A DNA stretch of 63,680 nucleotides, counting the filler. It is 5 parts of 5 records of this genome, joined end to end, with 100 filler letters (N's around TTAATTAATTAA, not from the genome) between each part and the next. Parts side by side here need not be neighbours in the genome. Positions count along the whole stretch, not along the records: positions 23,861 to 49,543 come from SRR31147125_1776; 4 more parts are not named here. The stretch is one strand, 5' to 3'. A program made the translations under genes and the position numbers. The notes beneath the pieces are model-generated. The model saw nothing but the letters and a program-made list of their open reading frames with translations, was not told where the DNA came from and did no database searches. How positions within the stretch are numbered: position 1 is the stretch's first letter; each line of letters starts with the position of its first letter. This document shows positions 31,801-42,136 of this stretch, one piece after another.

Positions 31801-34800
31801 GCAAGACCAGACACATTAACGATACAAGCTTATTATGATCCATTGTATCAATATTCGTGGTCGCCAGTAGGGGGCGAAGAAGATAGTGTTTATCATGTCC
31901 TTGCTGCTGGAGATGTATTCCTTACAGTTACAAATTCAGATTCAACAAGTTGTGTGATATTAGATACGATAAATGTACATCAATTACTACCTGATTTAAG
32001 TGTTGATAGTTTAATTAATCCTATTTCGTCTTGTGAATTGGATACTGCCGAATTAGTTACTGTTCGTATTAAAAATCTTGGTACAGATACCTTGAATGTT
32101 GGAGATACCATAATAATTGGTTACATGGTAGATGAAGGATTGCCGGTTATTGATACATTCTTTTTAGACAGCAAATTCTATCCAAACAATATTAGGGATT
32201 TTCAAATTGTTAAGGATTCGATTGATTTAAGTGCTTTTTCAACATACGAAATTAAGACTTATCTTGAGTTTGCTTGGGATTTTGTTCCTGAAAATGATAC
32301 GCTAGAGACTTCAATAACAACGTGGGGTTACCCAACCGTTGATCTCGGTTCTGATGTTACTATCTATACATTGGAGCATATTATAGATGCTGGTGCAGGC
32401 TATAGTAGTTATTTGTGGAATACAGGTCATACTACACGATATGATACAGTAACTGCTATTGGCGATTATCATGTAACAATTACAGATGAATATGGATGTC
32501 CAAACTCAGATACAGTACATGTAAATTTTGATTACCTGGATATTGGGGTCACTCAGATAATTGAACCATATGATCAATGTATTCCATCAGAGAGTATTAA
32601 TGTAACAACAAGAATTACGAATACAGGAACAGATACAATATTTGATAATTCTTCTTTACAATTTGGTTATAGGATTAATGGAGGAACTGTATATACTGAT
32701 AATATTCTACTTGTTGGGGACTTATTGCCCGATAGTAGTTTTAACCATACATTTACAGATCAACAACTGATAAATACTCCGGGTGATTATTATCTTGAAA
32801 TTTTTACTTTGATTCCAGGAGATATAAATGCGGCAAATGATACGTTAGCTGATACTATATCATTTTATTCATATCCGGAGCTTGAACTTGGAACAGATAC
32901 TTTTGTGAAAGCTTACGATTATGTTCTTGATGCTGGATATGATTCAACATATACCTATTTATGGAATACAAGCGAGGATTCTTCTGCTATTTCAATAACA
33001 ACCCCAGGAGATTATAGTGTAACTGTTACGTCTTCCCATGGATGTATTTCAACCGATGATAGAAAAGTTGTTATTGTTGTACCGGATATTACTATTAATG
33101 ATTTAATTTATCCAAGTACTTCTTGTATTCCGAAATACCCGATAAAAATGAAGCTGACCCTTTATAATAATGGAACAGATACGGTATTCACTGGAGAGAC
33201 GCTCACAATGGGATATTCTGTAAATGGAACAGATGTTTTTGCAGAACCGTATGTGCTTTCATCAAATCTACTTCCAAATGCAACTTTAATTTATGAGTTT
33301 AATAATTCTTATGAATTCTCAGATGCTGGCGAAACTGATATTGCTGTTTTTGCGAAGCTGGATGATGATTTGAATGAGAATAACGATACACTTGCAGAAA
33401 CCATTGTTTTTTATTCTTATCCAGAAGTTGAACTGGGTAACGATACCACTGTAAAATCTTACGAATATGTACTCGACGCCGGCTATGATGCCAGTTATTC
33501 ATACGAATGGAACACAACAGGAGAAGATACATCTTCAATTACCGTAACAAATGGGGGGACGTATTCTGTTACAGTTACATCAGCTGAAGGATGCTTAAGA
33601 ACAGATGAAAGAACGGTTGTGTTGAAAGTTCCGGACATTGAAATTTCAGAATTGATTTATCCATTGACCTCATGTATCCCGGAAGGAACGGTAAATATTA
33701 AATTTAACGTTCATAATAATGGTAACGATACTTTATTCAATGGTTCAACTATTAAGCTTGGTTACCAGATTGATGCATTTGAGCCTGTTGAAATTGATTA
33801 TGTTTTAACCGAAGATTTACTGCCAGATGACGACCTTGAATATCAATTTAATAAGAATGAATTGTTTGCATCGGGTAGTTGGGAAATTATGAGTTACGTG
33901 GTTATGTCTGGAGACATTAATACCTTAAATGATACTTTGAAGAATATGATCTCATTTTATGATTATCCCGTTGTTGAACTTGGAAATGATACGTTAATAA
34001 AGGCAGTAAATTATACTCTTGTCGCCAATAATGATCCTTCGTATACATACGATTGGAGCAACGGAGGAGAAGATAGTACCATTACTGTCGGGTCAAACGG
34101 AACATACCGTGTAACAGTAACAACGGAACATGGTTGTTCAACAGAAGATGAGATAACCCTTCTGTTTACATTCCCCAATATTGGTGTGGTTGAAATGACA
34201 GAGCCAACAGATTTGTGCGGGAATAATGAAAATATAGTCGCCATAAATATTAAAAACCATGGTTCGGATACACTCGAAATTGGAGATCAGTTTACTGTTG
34301 GGTATACTGTAAATGGAGGTGAAGCATATAGCGAACAAATAGTTCTTGACCTACGATTATTGCCAGGAGAGATATACAACTACAGTTATATCAATACCGT
34401 AGATATGTCTGAGGCCGGTGATTATACGTTTAAAATGTTTACAATATTAGAGAGTGACCTGCTTCAAACAGATGATACATTGACGAGGACTCTTAGTGTA
34501 TTAGCAATGCCTGTTCCTTTATTTGTCGGGACAGCTATTAATGACACATTAAAAGTTACTCTCCCCAATTATTATCTTAATGCGGGTCCCGGTTTCATTT
34601 CATATACTTGGGATGATGGACAGAGAGCGCCAGCCCATGAGGTTGATACAGCGGGTTGGTACGGTGTTACTTTAATAAATGCAAATGGATGTTCAGGCTA
34701 TGGGAAAGTTTATATTACAGAAGAAACAATAGTCTGCGATACCTGTTGCGAAGGTGATAGTTGTGGGACTTATGTAGATCAGCTACTTGATGATTTATTG

Positions 34801-35043
34801 AGCCTGGATATTTATCCAAATCCTGCAAACGAAGTACTATATATCGATTTCAATGCTAGAAAACCTGGAAGGGTGACAATGCAGATATTCAATTCTCAGG
34901 GAAAAGCAGTTCTTAATAAGCAAACAGATATTATCAGGCAATATAAAGAAACTATTAATACGATTGAATTACCAAGTGGCATCTACATCCTCAGGGTAAT
35001 CTATAATGATAAAATTAAGAGCTATAGGATAGTTAAGGAATAA
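28891..35043 (+). CDS. giant T9SS type A-sorted surface protein (~2050 aa), frameshifts at G6 30697-30702 and G5 31183-31187
   Basis: Signal peptide KA-Q; jelly-roll/MAM-like domains (GFE..W, IDEV.I); alternating CARDB-like and LDAG..Y.W.TG Ig modules; C-terminal IYPNPA...LPSGIY.LR...RIVKE. Confidence 0.88.
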
Positions 35044-35099
35044 ATTCAATTCGAATTTAACCTTATATTAATAAGCAAAATATTTATAAAAATATAGAA

Positions 35100-35146
35100 T
35101 GGTTACAAGTTGCATGTTACCAGTATAAACATGCAACCTGTAACCA
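35100..35146. repeat. 19-bp-arm inverted repeat
   Basis: TGGTTACAAGTTGCATGTT / AACATGCAACCTGTAACCA with one mismatch and no T-tail. Confidence 0.75.
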
Positions 35147-35208
35147 GTAACAGAATTCGACATTGAACTCTTCGTTCTACTTTGCGTTTCAGTATCAAAA
35201 AATGGTGA

Positions 35209-35328
35209 ATGAGTAAAAAGTTATGCAAAGAAGATAAAGAGCTAAAGAAAAAAGCTAAATATTTATGCACAAAATGCGATAAGGTTTGGCACAGTGAAAA
35301 ACGTTTATGCAAACCTGTTAAGATTTAA
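35209..35328 (+). CDS. 39-aa basic four-Cys mini-protein, absent from the ORF track
   Basis: MSKKLCKEDKELKKKAKYLCTKCDKVWHSEKRLCKPVKI; fills the gap exactly, stopping 5 bp before the convergent SNF2 stop. Confidence 0.75.
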   Translation: MSKKLCKEDKELKKKAKYLCTKCDKVWHSEKRLCKPVKI

Positions 35329-35333
35329 ATTTT

Positions 35334-38264
35334 CTACCCAATTAAATCCATCACCGTATTTTTATCCATGCCTTTAAAAGGATTATTATTGTTTACAAAT
35401 TCATCGGCAAGATTGCTTTTCTTCCTTTGTAAACTCACGATTTTCTCCTCAATGGTTCCGTTGGAAATAAAGCGGTAAACAAACACATTATTTTTCTGCC
35501 CCATCCTATGTGCCCTTGCAATGGCTTGCAGTTCAGCGGCAGGATTCCACCAGGGATCCAAAATAAACACATAATCAGCAGCAGTAAGATTTAATCCAAC
35601 ACCCCCGGCTTTTAAAGAAATTAAGAAAAAATGAATGTTTTCGTTCGATTGAAATTCATCAACAACATTTTCTCTATCGGAAGTAGAGCCGGTTAAAGTT
35701 GAGAATTTGTAATTGTTTTCATTAAAATAGTTCGCCAATAAATCGAGGTGTTTTACAAACGATGAAAAAATTAAGACCTTATGCCCTTCATTTCTTAGGT
35801 TTTCCAGCTTTCGTGTCACGTCGTCGAATTTGCCGGAATTTTTATTGAAACTTTCATCAATTAGCAATGGGTGATTGGCTATTTGGCGGAGTTTTGTAAG
35901 TGCTTGTAGAATAATAAACGAAGATTTCTCAATACCATGCAGACTAATATTATCTAAGATACTATTTCGGATTTTAGATTTTTCAGTTTCATAGAATTTT
36001 TCCTGAGACTCAGACATATCACAAAACACCATGTGTTCATTTAACTCGGGTAAATCCTGGGCTACCTGTTTTTTCGTTCTTCGCAAAATAAATGGTTGTA
36101 TTAATTGTTTAAGTTTTTCTCGCTTTGTATCATCGCTGTTTGATTCGATTGGAGCAAGAAATTCGTTTTTAAAGAATTGGAAATTACCAAGAAGTCCGCG
36201 GTTTAAGAAGTTCATTTGCGACCATAAATCGCTCAATGAATTTTCAATAGGAGTACCGGTTAATACTATCCTGTGATCGGCTTCCACTTGCAAGACAGCC
36301 TGGTATGTTTTTGATTCATGATTTTTTATTGCCTGGCTTTCATCAAGTATGCAATAGAAGAAATCGTGCTTGGTAATTTCTTCAATATCGTTTCTAAGAA
36401 TGCCGTAGCTTGTAACTATAACTTCGTATTTTTTGTATTGCAGTTCGAAAGGTGGTCTGTTTGTCCCTACATAGCTCGATACCGAAACATCGGGTATAAA
36501 TTTATTTATCTCATTTAGCCAATTATGTACCAGCGAGGTGGGTGTAATGATAATGGTTGGTTTTGCTTTTTGTGATGTTGTTTCTTTCGGTGCATCAAAC
36601 AAAGAAAGTTGCTGGTTATTGTTTGTGTTCTCCGCATTATTATTTGCCAATCGTTTCGAATCTATCGATGCTTTTAATAACGTAAGCGTTTGTAGTGTTT
36701 TACCCAACCCCATATCGTCGGCGAGGCAAATACCAAAATTGTTTTTTTGGAGATTAACCATCCAGGAATAGCCTTCGGCCTGGTAGGGTCTTAATTGAGC
36801 CAAAACACCATCAGGGATTTTTTCTTTGGTTTCTTTAATCTCAATATTCGCAAGCTTTTTATATTTTTCTTTGTCAACACCTTCGAGGACTTCTTGCAGT
36901 ACAGGAAAATGTTGTTTCTTTAGCTTAATTCCCTCATCTTCATTGTCAGCAAAAGAAAATAAATCTTTGTAGCGCGAGAACCATTCTTCAGGTAAGATAA
37001 ATATTTCACCATCAGGCAAAACATATTCCCGAATTCCTTTTGATATATTTTTTTTGAAAGCGAGAAAAGGAATTCTGTGTCCGTTTAAATAAACATATGC
37101 TCTTATGTCAAACCAATCTTCAACGTTATTAACATCAATTTTTAAATCGTATGAGTTGAGATAATAATCGTTTTGGTTGTATTTCTGTAGAACCTCAAAA
37201 CCGTTTTTACTTAGTTTTTTCTCGTTAATGTTTATCCAATTGATATAATCGTAAAACGATGTTTCCTTACTATTGGTTTTTACGATAAACGAGATTTTAT
37301 CTGTGGCGTAAAGCCCAAGTTGATTGAGAATAGAGATGTAGTTGTTCTCGTAACCTAATTTTCGTTCAACTTTGTTGTACGCATATTCGTCGTCATTAGA
37401 TATCGTAATAAGTTTATTAAAAGAATGGTTTCTTTGAATAACATGGTTTTTCCCATATTTAAAGCGAAGTATAAAAACCGGCTCTGTGCTGATGCTGTTT
37501 TCAAGCGACAATTGGGCTATGGGGTTAATATCTTCTTCAGAAACAATAAATCCTTTTGCGTTTACATTGTATTTTCTAAGTGTTGAAAGTATAAATGTTG
37601 AATAATACTTTTGTTCGGCCTGCTTTGAAATGAACACAAATTCTTTGGTGAAAAAGGGGAGGAGTTTTTTGCCATCGATATCATCAAAACGGAAGAGTGT
37701 GTTCTCGAGAACCAAAACACAGGGTTCGTAGGCAATTATAAAACCAGCTTTATCGGTTAGTTTAATTTCCTTTTCATCATTTTTGATTGTTAAATAATAT
37801 TTTGTTCCCTCGCCTGTTTTTTCAAAATTGAAAATGGTTTGGGCAGATTTGTCTGCAAAAGATATTTTATCTGATTCGTATATATTATTTAGCAGGGTTT
37901 TATGATAAAACAGGTAATTGTTCTCCAAAATTATTTGAACAATTTTCTGAATTCGTCTTTCGATATACGGACGGATGTGTACACTAATATGTTCATCATC
38001 TACCTCCTGAACATAATCTTTCGTACTGATTTTTTTCTTGGAAAAAAGCTTTACAATTGTTGAATCGTTATATTCTTCGCATAATTTAATAATGGTTCTT
38101 TTTGCATCGTCGAGCTTTTCTTTATGTGTGTCGATATTAGCAAGCGTAAGCCTTTCCTTAACTTTATAAAATTCATCACCTTCTTTTTTTTCAATAAAAA
38201 AAGGCAAAATAATTTCTCCAAAACGACGATGCTGCGTAAGTGTTAAAACGAAAAATTCCTCCAT
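35334..38264 (-). CDS. SNF2-family helicase/ATPase
   Basis: LRPYQ, LADDMGLGKT, ILDESQAIKN, LTGTPIEN, LISLKAGGVGLNLT, DPWWNP, RAHRMGQ. Confidence 0.95.
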   Translation of the reverse strand: MEEFFVLTLTQHRRFGEIILPFFIEKKEGDEFYKVKERLTLANIDTHKEKLDDAKRTIIKLCEEYNDSTIVKLFSKKKISTKDYVQEVDDEHISVHIRPYIERRIQKIVQIILENNYLFYHKTLLNNIYESDKISFADKSAQTIFNFEKTGEGTKYYLTIKNDEKEIKLTDKAGFIIAYEPCVLVLENTLFRFDDIDGKKLLPFFTKEFVFISKQAEQKYYSTFILSTLRKYNVNAKGFIVSEEDINPIAQLSLENSISTEPVFILRFKYGKNHVIQRNHSFNKLITISNDDEYAYNKVERKLGYENNYISILNQLGLYATDKISFIVKTNSKETSFYDYINWININEKKLSKNGFEVLQKYNQNDYYLNSYDLKIDVNNVEDWFDIRAYVYLNGHRIPFLAFKKNISKGIREYVLPDGEIFILPEEWFSRYKDLFSFADNEDEGIKLKKQHFPVLQEVLEGVDKEKYKKLANIEIKETKEKIPDGVLAQLRPYQAEGYSWMVNLQKNNFGICLADDMGLGKTLQTLTLLKASIDSKRLANNNAENTNNNQQLSLFDAPKETTSQKAKPTIIITPTSLVHNWLNEINKFIPDVSVSSYVGTNRPPFELQYKKYEVIVTSYGILRNDIEEITKHDFFYCILDESQAIKNHESKTYQAVLQVEADHRIVLTGTPIENSLSDLWSQMNFLNRGLLGNFQFFKNEFLAPIESNSDDTKREKLKQLIQPFILRRTKKQVAQDLPELNEHMVFCDMSESQEKFYETEKSKIRNSILDNISLHGIEKSSFIILQALTKLRQIANHPLLIDESFNKNSGKFDDVTRKLENLRNEGHKVLIFSSFVKHLDLLANYFNENNYKFSTLTGSTSDRENVVDEFQSNENIHFFLISLKAGGVGLNLTAADYVFILDPWWNPAAELQAIARAHRMGQKNNVFVYRFISNGTIEEKIVSLQRKKSNLADEFVNNNNPFKGMDKNTVMDLIG

Positions 38265-38326
38265 CCTGCAAAATTGAAAAATAAAATGGGTTTGAGAAAA
38301 TCAAAAACTTCGTTGTTAATAAATTT

Positions 38327-39376
38327 TTATTGATGGAATAAATCGAGGTAAATGGGCAGGTGGTCGCTGAATCCACCATTGTACTTCATGCCAATGTATG
38401 TTCTATAAGGTTTGTTGCCATTGTATCTTTTATCTTCTTCCAATAAAAATGGTTGGCTATACATATTGGCTCGTTGTTTATTTGCTGTAATACCACTATC
38501 CAACAATAAATTACCGGAGACAATTATTTGATCCAGGCACGACCATTCTTCTCTGTATTTGTGCGTGCCCAAGTGTTTGGAACAATAATTACCAGAAAGA
38601 TTGTAAAGTAAAGTGTCTTTTGGTGAATCAAAATTTGTTGAAGTATTTAAAGTTACTGCAATTGATTTATCTTCCGGCGTATCATTAAAATCTCCTGCAA
38701 TTATTATTTTACTTTTTTTGTATGCGTCAAGTACAGAATCTACTTTATATTTTAAAATTGAAGCCGCTAAAATCCGTTTTGGTTCTGATTGATATTGTCC
38801 GCCCCATCTGGAAGGCCAGTGATTAATAAAAAAGTGGAGTGTGTCTTTTTCTGCCAGGCATTTGAAATGGAGAATATCCCTGGTAACGAAATGTTTGTTT
38901 TTAGAATTTTGGACTTTAATAAATTCAGTTTTTAATGGTATAACTTTATTGGGATTGTATAACAAACCAACATCAATTCCTCTTCGGTCGGGTGAATTTT
39001 TGTGAATTATTTTGTAATTGTGTTTTAATAGCGGTGTGTTTTGAGTTATTTGCTCTAGAACATACCTGTTTTCTATTTCGCACAACCCAATAACATCCGG
39101 CGGGTTCCATCCACCAACCGCTGCAATAACTTTATAAATTTTATTGATTTTGTTAGAAAACCTGTTTTTTGTCCAATGGTAATTTCCTTCTGGCAGAAAA
39201 TCATTGTCAAGGGTTAGGCTGTCGTCGTAGGTGTCAAATAGGTTTTCAACATTATAAAACATAAAACGGAGCGCAGGTTCGGTTTGTGGTGCAACATTAT
39301 CTATTTCTGATTTATTACCCTGATTTTTGCAAAAAATCAATGTGAATAGTGTGATTGTAATAAAGTATATTTTCAT
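38327..39376 (-). CDS. endonuclease/exonuclease/phosphatase family protein, probably exported
   Basis: FYNVENLFD, GLCEIEN, DRRGIDV, NHWPSR, GDFND, GFSDHLP. Confidence 0.92.
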   Translation of the reverse strand: MKIYFITITLFTLIFCKNQGNKSEIDNVAPQTEPALRFMFYNVENLFDTYDDSLTLDNDFLPEGNYHWTKNRFSNKINKIYKVIAAVGGWNPPDVIGLCEIENRYVLEQITQNTPLLKHNYKIIHKNSPDRRGIDVGLLYNPNKVIPLKTEFIKVQNSKNKHFVTRDILHFKCLAEKDTLHFFINHWPSRWGGQYQSEPKRILAASILKYKVDSVLDAYKKSKIIIAGDFNDTPEDKSIAVTLNTSTNFDSPKDTLLYNLSGNYCSKHLGTHKYREEWSCLDQIIVSGNLLLDSGITANKQRANMYSQPFLLEEDKRYNGNKPYRTYIGMKYNGGFSDHLPIYLDLFHQ

Positions 39377-39384
39377 GTATAGAT

Positions 39385-40845
39385 TTATTCGGGTTCAATT
39401 CTTTCGAATGCACCCAGGTCAGGTTTTCCATCGGCAATACGGGAGTTGCCAAAAATATCGAGTGTTACATCCACAGAGCTTTCTTCAATAAATTGAATAT
39501 TCGCAGTGTCTTTTGCTATCGATAAGGTGTCCAATTCAAAATAAATGTCATCAGATTCTTTAAAAATGGGATCTTCATTAAAGATAACATCAACGAAATT
39601 ATCTGGGTAATCAACCGGAATTGAATCTACATCTGTTTTAAGGATACAGTTTTCGAATTTAAAGTTTAAAGCTGCTTCTTCGTACCCGCTCACAGCAAGT
39701 TCTTCTTGCGCTGATCCGTATATGATAGAATTTTTAAAGTTTGCTTTATTAAGATCTGCGGTGTAAATTAAAGAATCAGTTTCCACATAATTCTTGAGAA
39801 TAATCGATGGCGTATTATCCCTGCTTTGTCCGCCGATGCCCCTGCCAAAATAATTAGCAAACGTGGTGTGCAGGAAATTGTAGCTTCCTCCCATTTCGCA
39901 GATAAAACTAGCTGCTTTACAATTACTAATTTGACAGTTTGTAGCATTTATGGTGGTGTTAATTGCATAAATTCCAACAAATGAATGGTTGTCAATTACT
40001 GAATTTTTAAGAATTAGGCTGGTTGTTTCTGTGGTAAATGGATTACCAACCAACAAGCCTATAATTCCATTTTTTATGATGCAATGATCAATAATATTAT
40101 TCGAACTGGCAGGATGTAGCCAAATGAAACCCCATTGCCCGGGAATTTTGTCGTAAGACAAATCAATGAATGCGTCATCCAGTCTATCTCCCCTAAAAAC
40201 GACAGGTTCATCAACTGAACCAAGCACACGTAAGGTTCCCAGAATTATTATCTGGGCATTTTGGTGCATGTATATTTTGGTTCCGGCAGTAATTACCAGA
40301 GTTTGTTCTTCATCAACAACAAGTGTATCGTAAATTAAATAGGGTTTATCTGCATTCCATACTTGTGTGTTTAATACTTCATTTCTTAAAAAATGAACAT
40401 CTTGTCCAAAAGCTTCAAGATTTACATCCTGTATATTTCCATTGGTTTCAAAAACGATGGAGTCTGATATTAGAACAGGAGAGTTCTGCGATGTTGGATT
40501 AACCGTTACCTCAACAAAAATATAAAGTGAATCTTTGGGTTCCAGTTCAATATCTTGTACTGATGTAGCCCTTTCCCCGTCAATGTTTAAGCGGAAGAAC
40601 GAATTATCTGAACCCGCCAAATAAATTGAGCTTATTTTAACAGGTTGCTTATACGGATTATAAACCTTAAGCCTCTGTGTTGTTGAGCCAATGGTAGTAA
40701 ATACAGTGTCAAATGTTATTGTATCGGCAGAGAATCTAAGTTTTGCATCAGGACTATCATAAAGCTTATCTTGTTCGCATGAGAATAGAATAAACAGTCC
40801 TAATAATGTGTAGATTATTAAATATGGAGTTTTGAGAAGCCTCAT
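39385..40845 (-). CDS. lipoprotein with Ig-like and parallel beta-helix domains
   Basis: Lipobox LFS-C; FSADTITFDTVFT, FRGDRLD..PGQWG, C-terminal D..G..R...PDLGAFE. Confidence 0.8.
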   Translation of the reverse strand: MRLLKTPYLIIYTLLGLFILFSCEQDKLYDSPDAKLRFSADTITFDTVFTTIGSTTQRLKVYNPYKQPVKISSIYLAGSDNSFFRLNIDGERATSVQDIELEPKDSLYIFVEVTVNPTSQNSPVLISDSIVFETNGNIQDVNLEAFGQDVHFLRNEVLNTQVWNADKPYLIYDTLVVDEEQTLVITAGTKIYMHQNAQIIILGTLRVLGSVDEPVVFRGDRLDDAFIDLSYDKIPGQWGFIWLHPASSNNIIDHCIIKNGIIGLLVGNPFTTETTSLILKNSVIDNHSFVGIYAINTTINATNCQISNCKAASFICEMGGSYNFLHTTFANYFGRGIGGQSRDNTPSIILKNYVETDSLIYTADLNKANFKNSIIYGSAQEELAVSGYEEAALNFKFENCILKTDVDSIPVDYPDNFVDVIFNEDPIFKESDDIYFELDTLSIAKDTANIQFIEESSVDVTLDIFGNSRIADGKPDLGAFERIEPE

Positions 40846-40996
40846 TTTAAAATTACTTTTTACCACAAACGTAACTGCTTTCAAGTAAATTGCATAATCG
40901 TTTGCGAATTTTATCTTACATTTTTGTAAATATATTCCAAACTATTTTATAAATGATTATATTTGATTTTGTTAACATTATATCATCCGTTATACA

Positions 40997-41521
40997 ATGG
41001 GAGAAAGCGGTTTACTAATTCGTGAGGCAAAGAAAACAGATCTTTTCGGTGTCATGTATTTAATTAGAGAGTGTGTTCGCGATATGAATAATCGGGGACT
41101 TTTTCACTGGAACACATCATATCCAAATTATGACATTATGAATGGTGACATTGAAAAAAAATCTCTGTTTATTGTTCGCGAAAAAGGTTTCTCAGTCGCT
41201 TTTTTTACCCTCAGTAATGAGCAGATGGAAGAATACAAAAATGTTGACTGGTCTTCTGATAATTCAAAGTCAATAATTATTAACCGCATAGCCGTTCACC
41301 CAAAATGGCAAGGTGCAGACATAAATAAATCTATTCTTGAATTTGTTGAGAACAAGGCGCAAGATGATGGCTACGAATCCATTCGATGTGATTTTTCGAA
41401 GCAAGACACTTATTTTATTCCATTATTTAAGGATAATGATTATGAAGAAAAAGGTGAAATAAAGTTATCTTATCAAGATGCACCGTTTTCTTGCCTTGAA
41501 AAAAAGATAGACAAGAAATAG
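40997..41521 (+). CDS. GNAT family acetyltransferase
   Basis: W...YP, INRIAVHPKWQG motif A, IRCD. Confidence 0.82.
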   Translation: MGESGLLIREAKKTDLFGVMYLIRECVRDMNNRGLFHWNTSYPNYDIMNGDIEKKSLFIVREKGFSVAFFTLSNEQMEEYKNVDWSSDNSKSIIINRIAVHPKWQGADINKSILEFVENKAQDDGYESIRCDFSKQDTYFIPLFKDNDYEEKGEIKLSYQDAPFSCLEKKIDKK

Positions 41522-41522
41522 G

Positions 41523-42062
41523 TTAATTGAAATAAAAGGCTAATCCTCCTCCAATTACATGATAAGCATTGTCTGTTAACAAAATCTCTGTCTCAAGAAT
41601 AAAAGACATGTTTGAACCAACTTCAATCTCAACACCCAATGGTAACCATATGGGTACATAAGTTTTGTTTGTCGCAAAAACAATGTCCATATCAAGCCCG
41701 GTAAATATTTCTACATCACTGGTAATGTTGAAGGATGCATTTAATGCACCATCAAGTCCGAAATTGTAAAAATTATGTACCCCTGTGGTTAAAGAGAAAT
41801 GATTGGATAAGCCCCATTCAAGCTCTGCCCCAAAATAATTTGAGTTGCCTACACCAGCGTGTATCCCCAGGTCTAAGCCTTTTTTAATACCATAGCCGCC
41901 ATGGAAAAACATCATGAAATCGTTGCTTCCGTTATATACCAAGAGGGTAGGTTCAAGCCCAATAGAAAAACTGTTTTTCTGGAGCGTTCCTGCAGTATTA
42001 AAAACTTGGGAATAAGATTTTGTACATAGAATAATAAATACGAAAAGAATAATTTTTTTCAT
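41523..42062 (-). CDS. small outer-membrane beta-barrel-like protein
   Basis: Signal peptide ending SYS-Q; alternating beta pattern; C-terminal GGGLAFYFN. Confidence 0.6.
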   Translation of the reverse strand: MKKIILFVFIILCTKSYSQVFNTAGTLQKNSFSIGLEPTLLVYNGSNDFMMFFHGGYGIKKGLDLGIHAGVGNSNYFGAELEWGLSNHFSLTTGVHNFYNFGLDGALNASFNITSDVEIFTGLDMDIVFATNKTYVPIWLPLGVEIEVGSNMSFILETEILLTDNAYHVIGGGLAFYFN

Positions 42063-42136
42063 AGGGTTAAGATTTTTTCGTGTTACGAAAAACCTTGAAA
42101 AAAGTTAAACATAATGATTGAAAAATTAATAAATCC

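Noticed and set aside
35334..39376. SNF2 plus nuclease as an anti-phage system
   Set aside because: The nuclease has an export-type N-terminus, the neighbours are housekeeping genes, and no methylase or other defence partner is present
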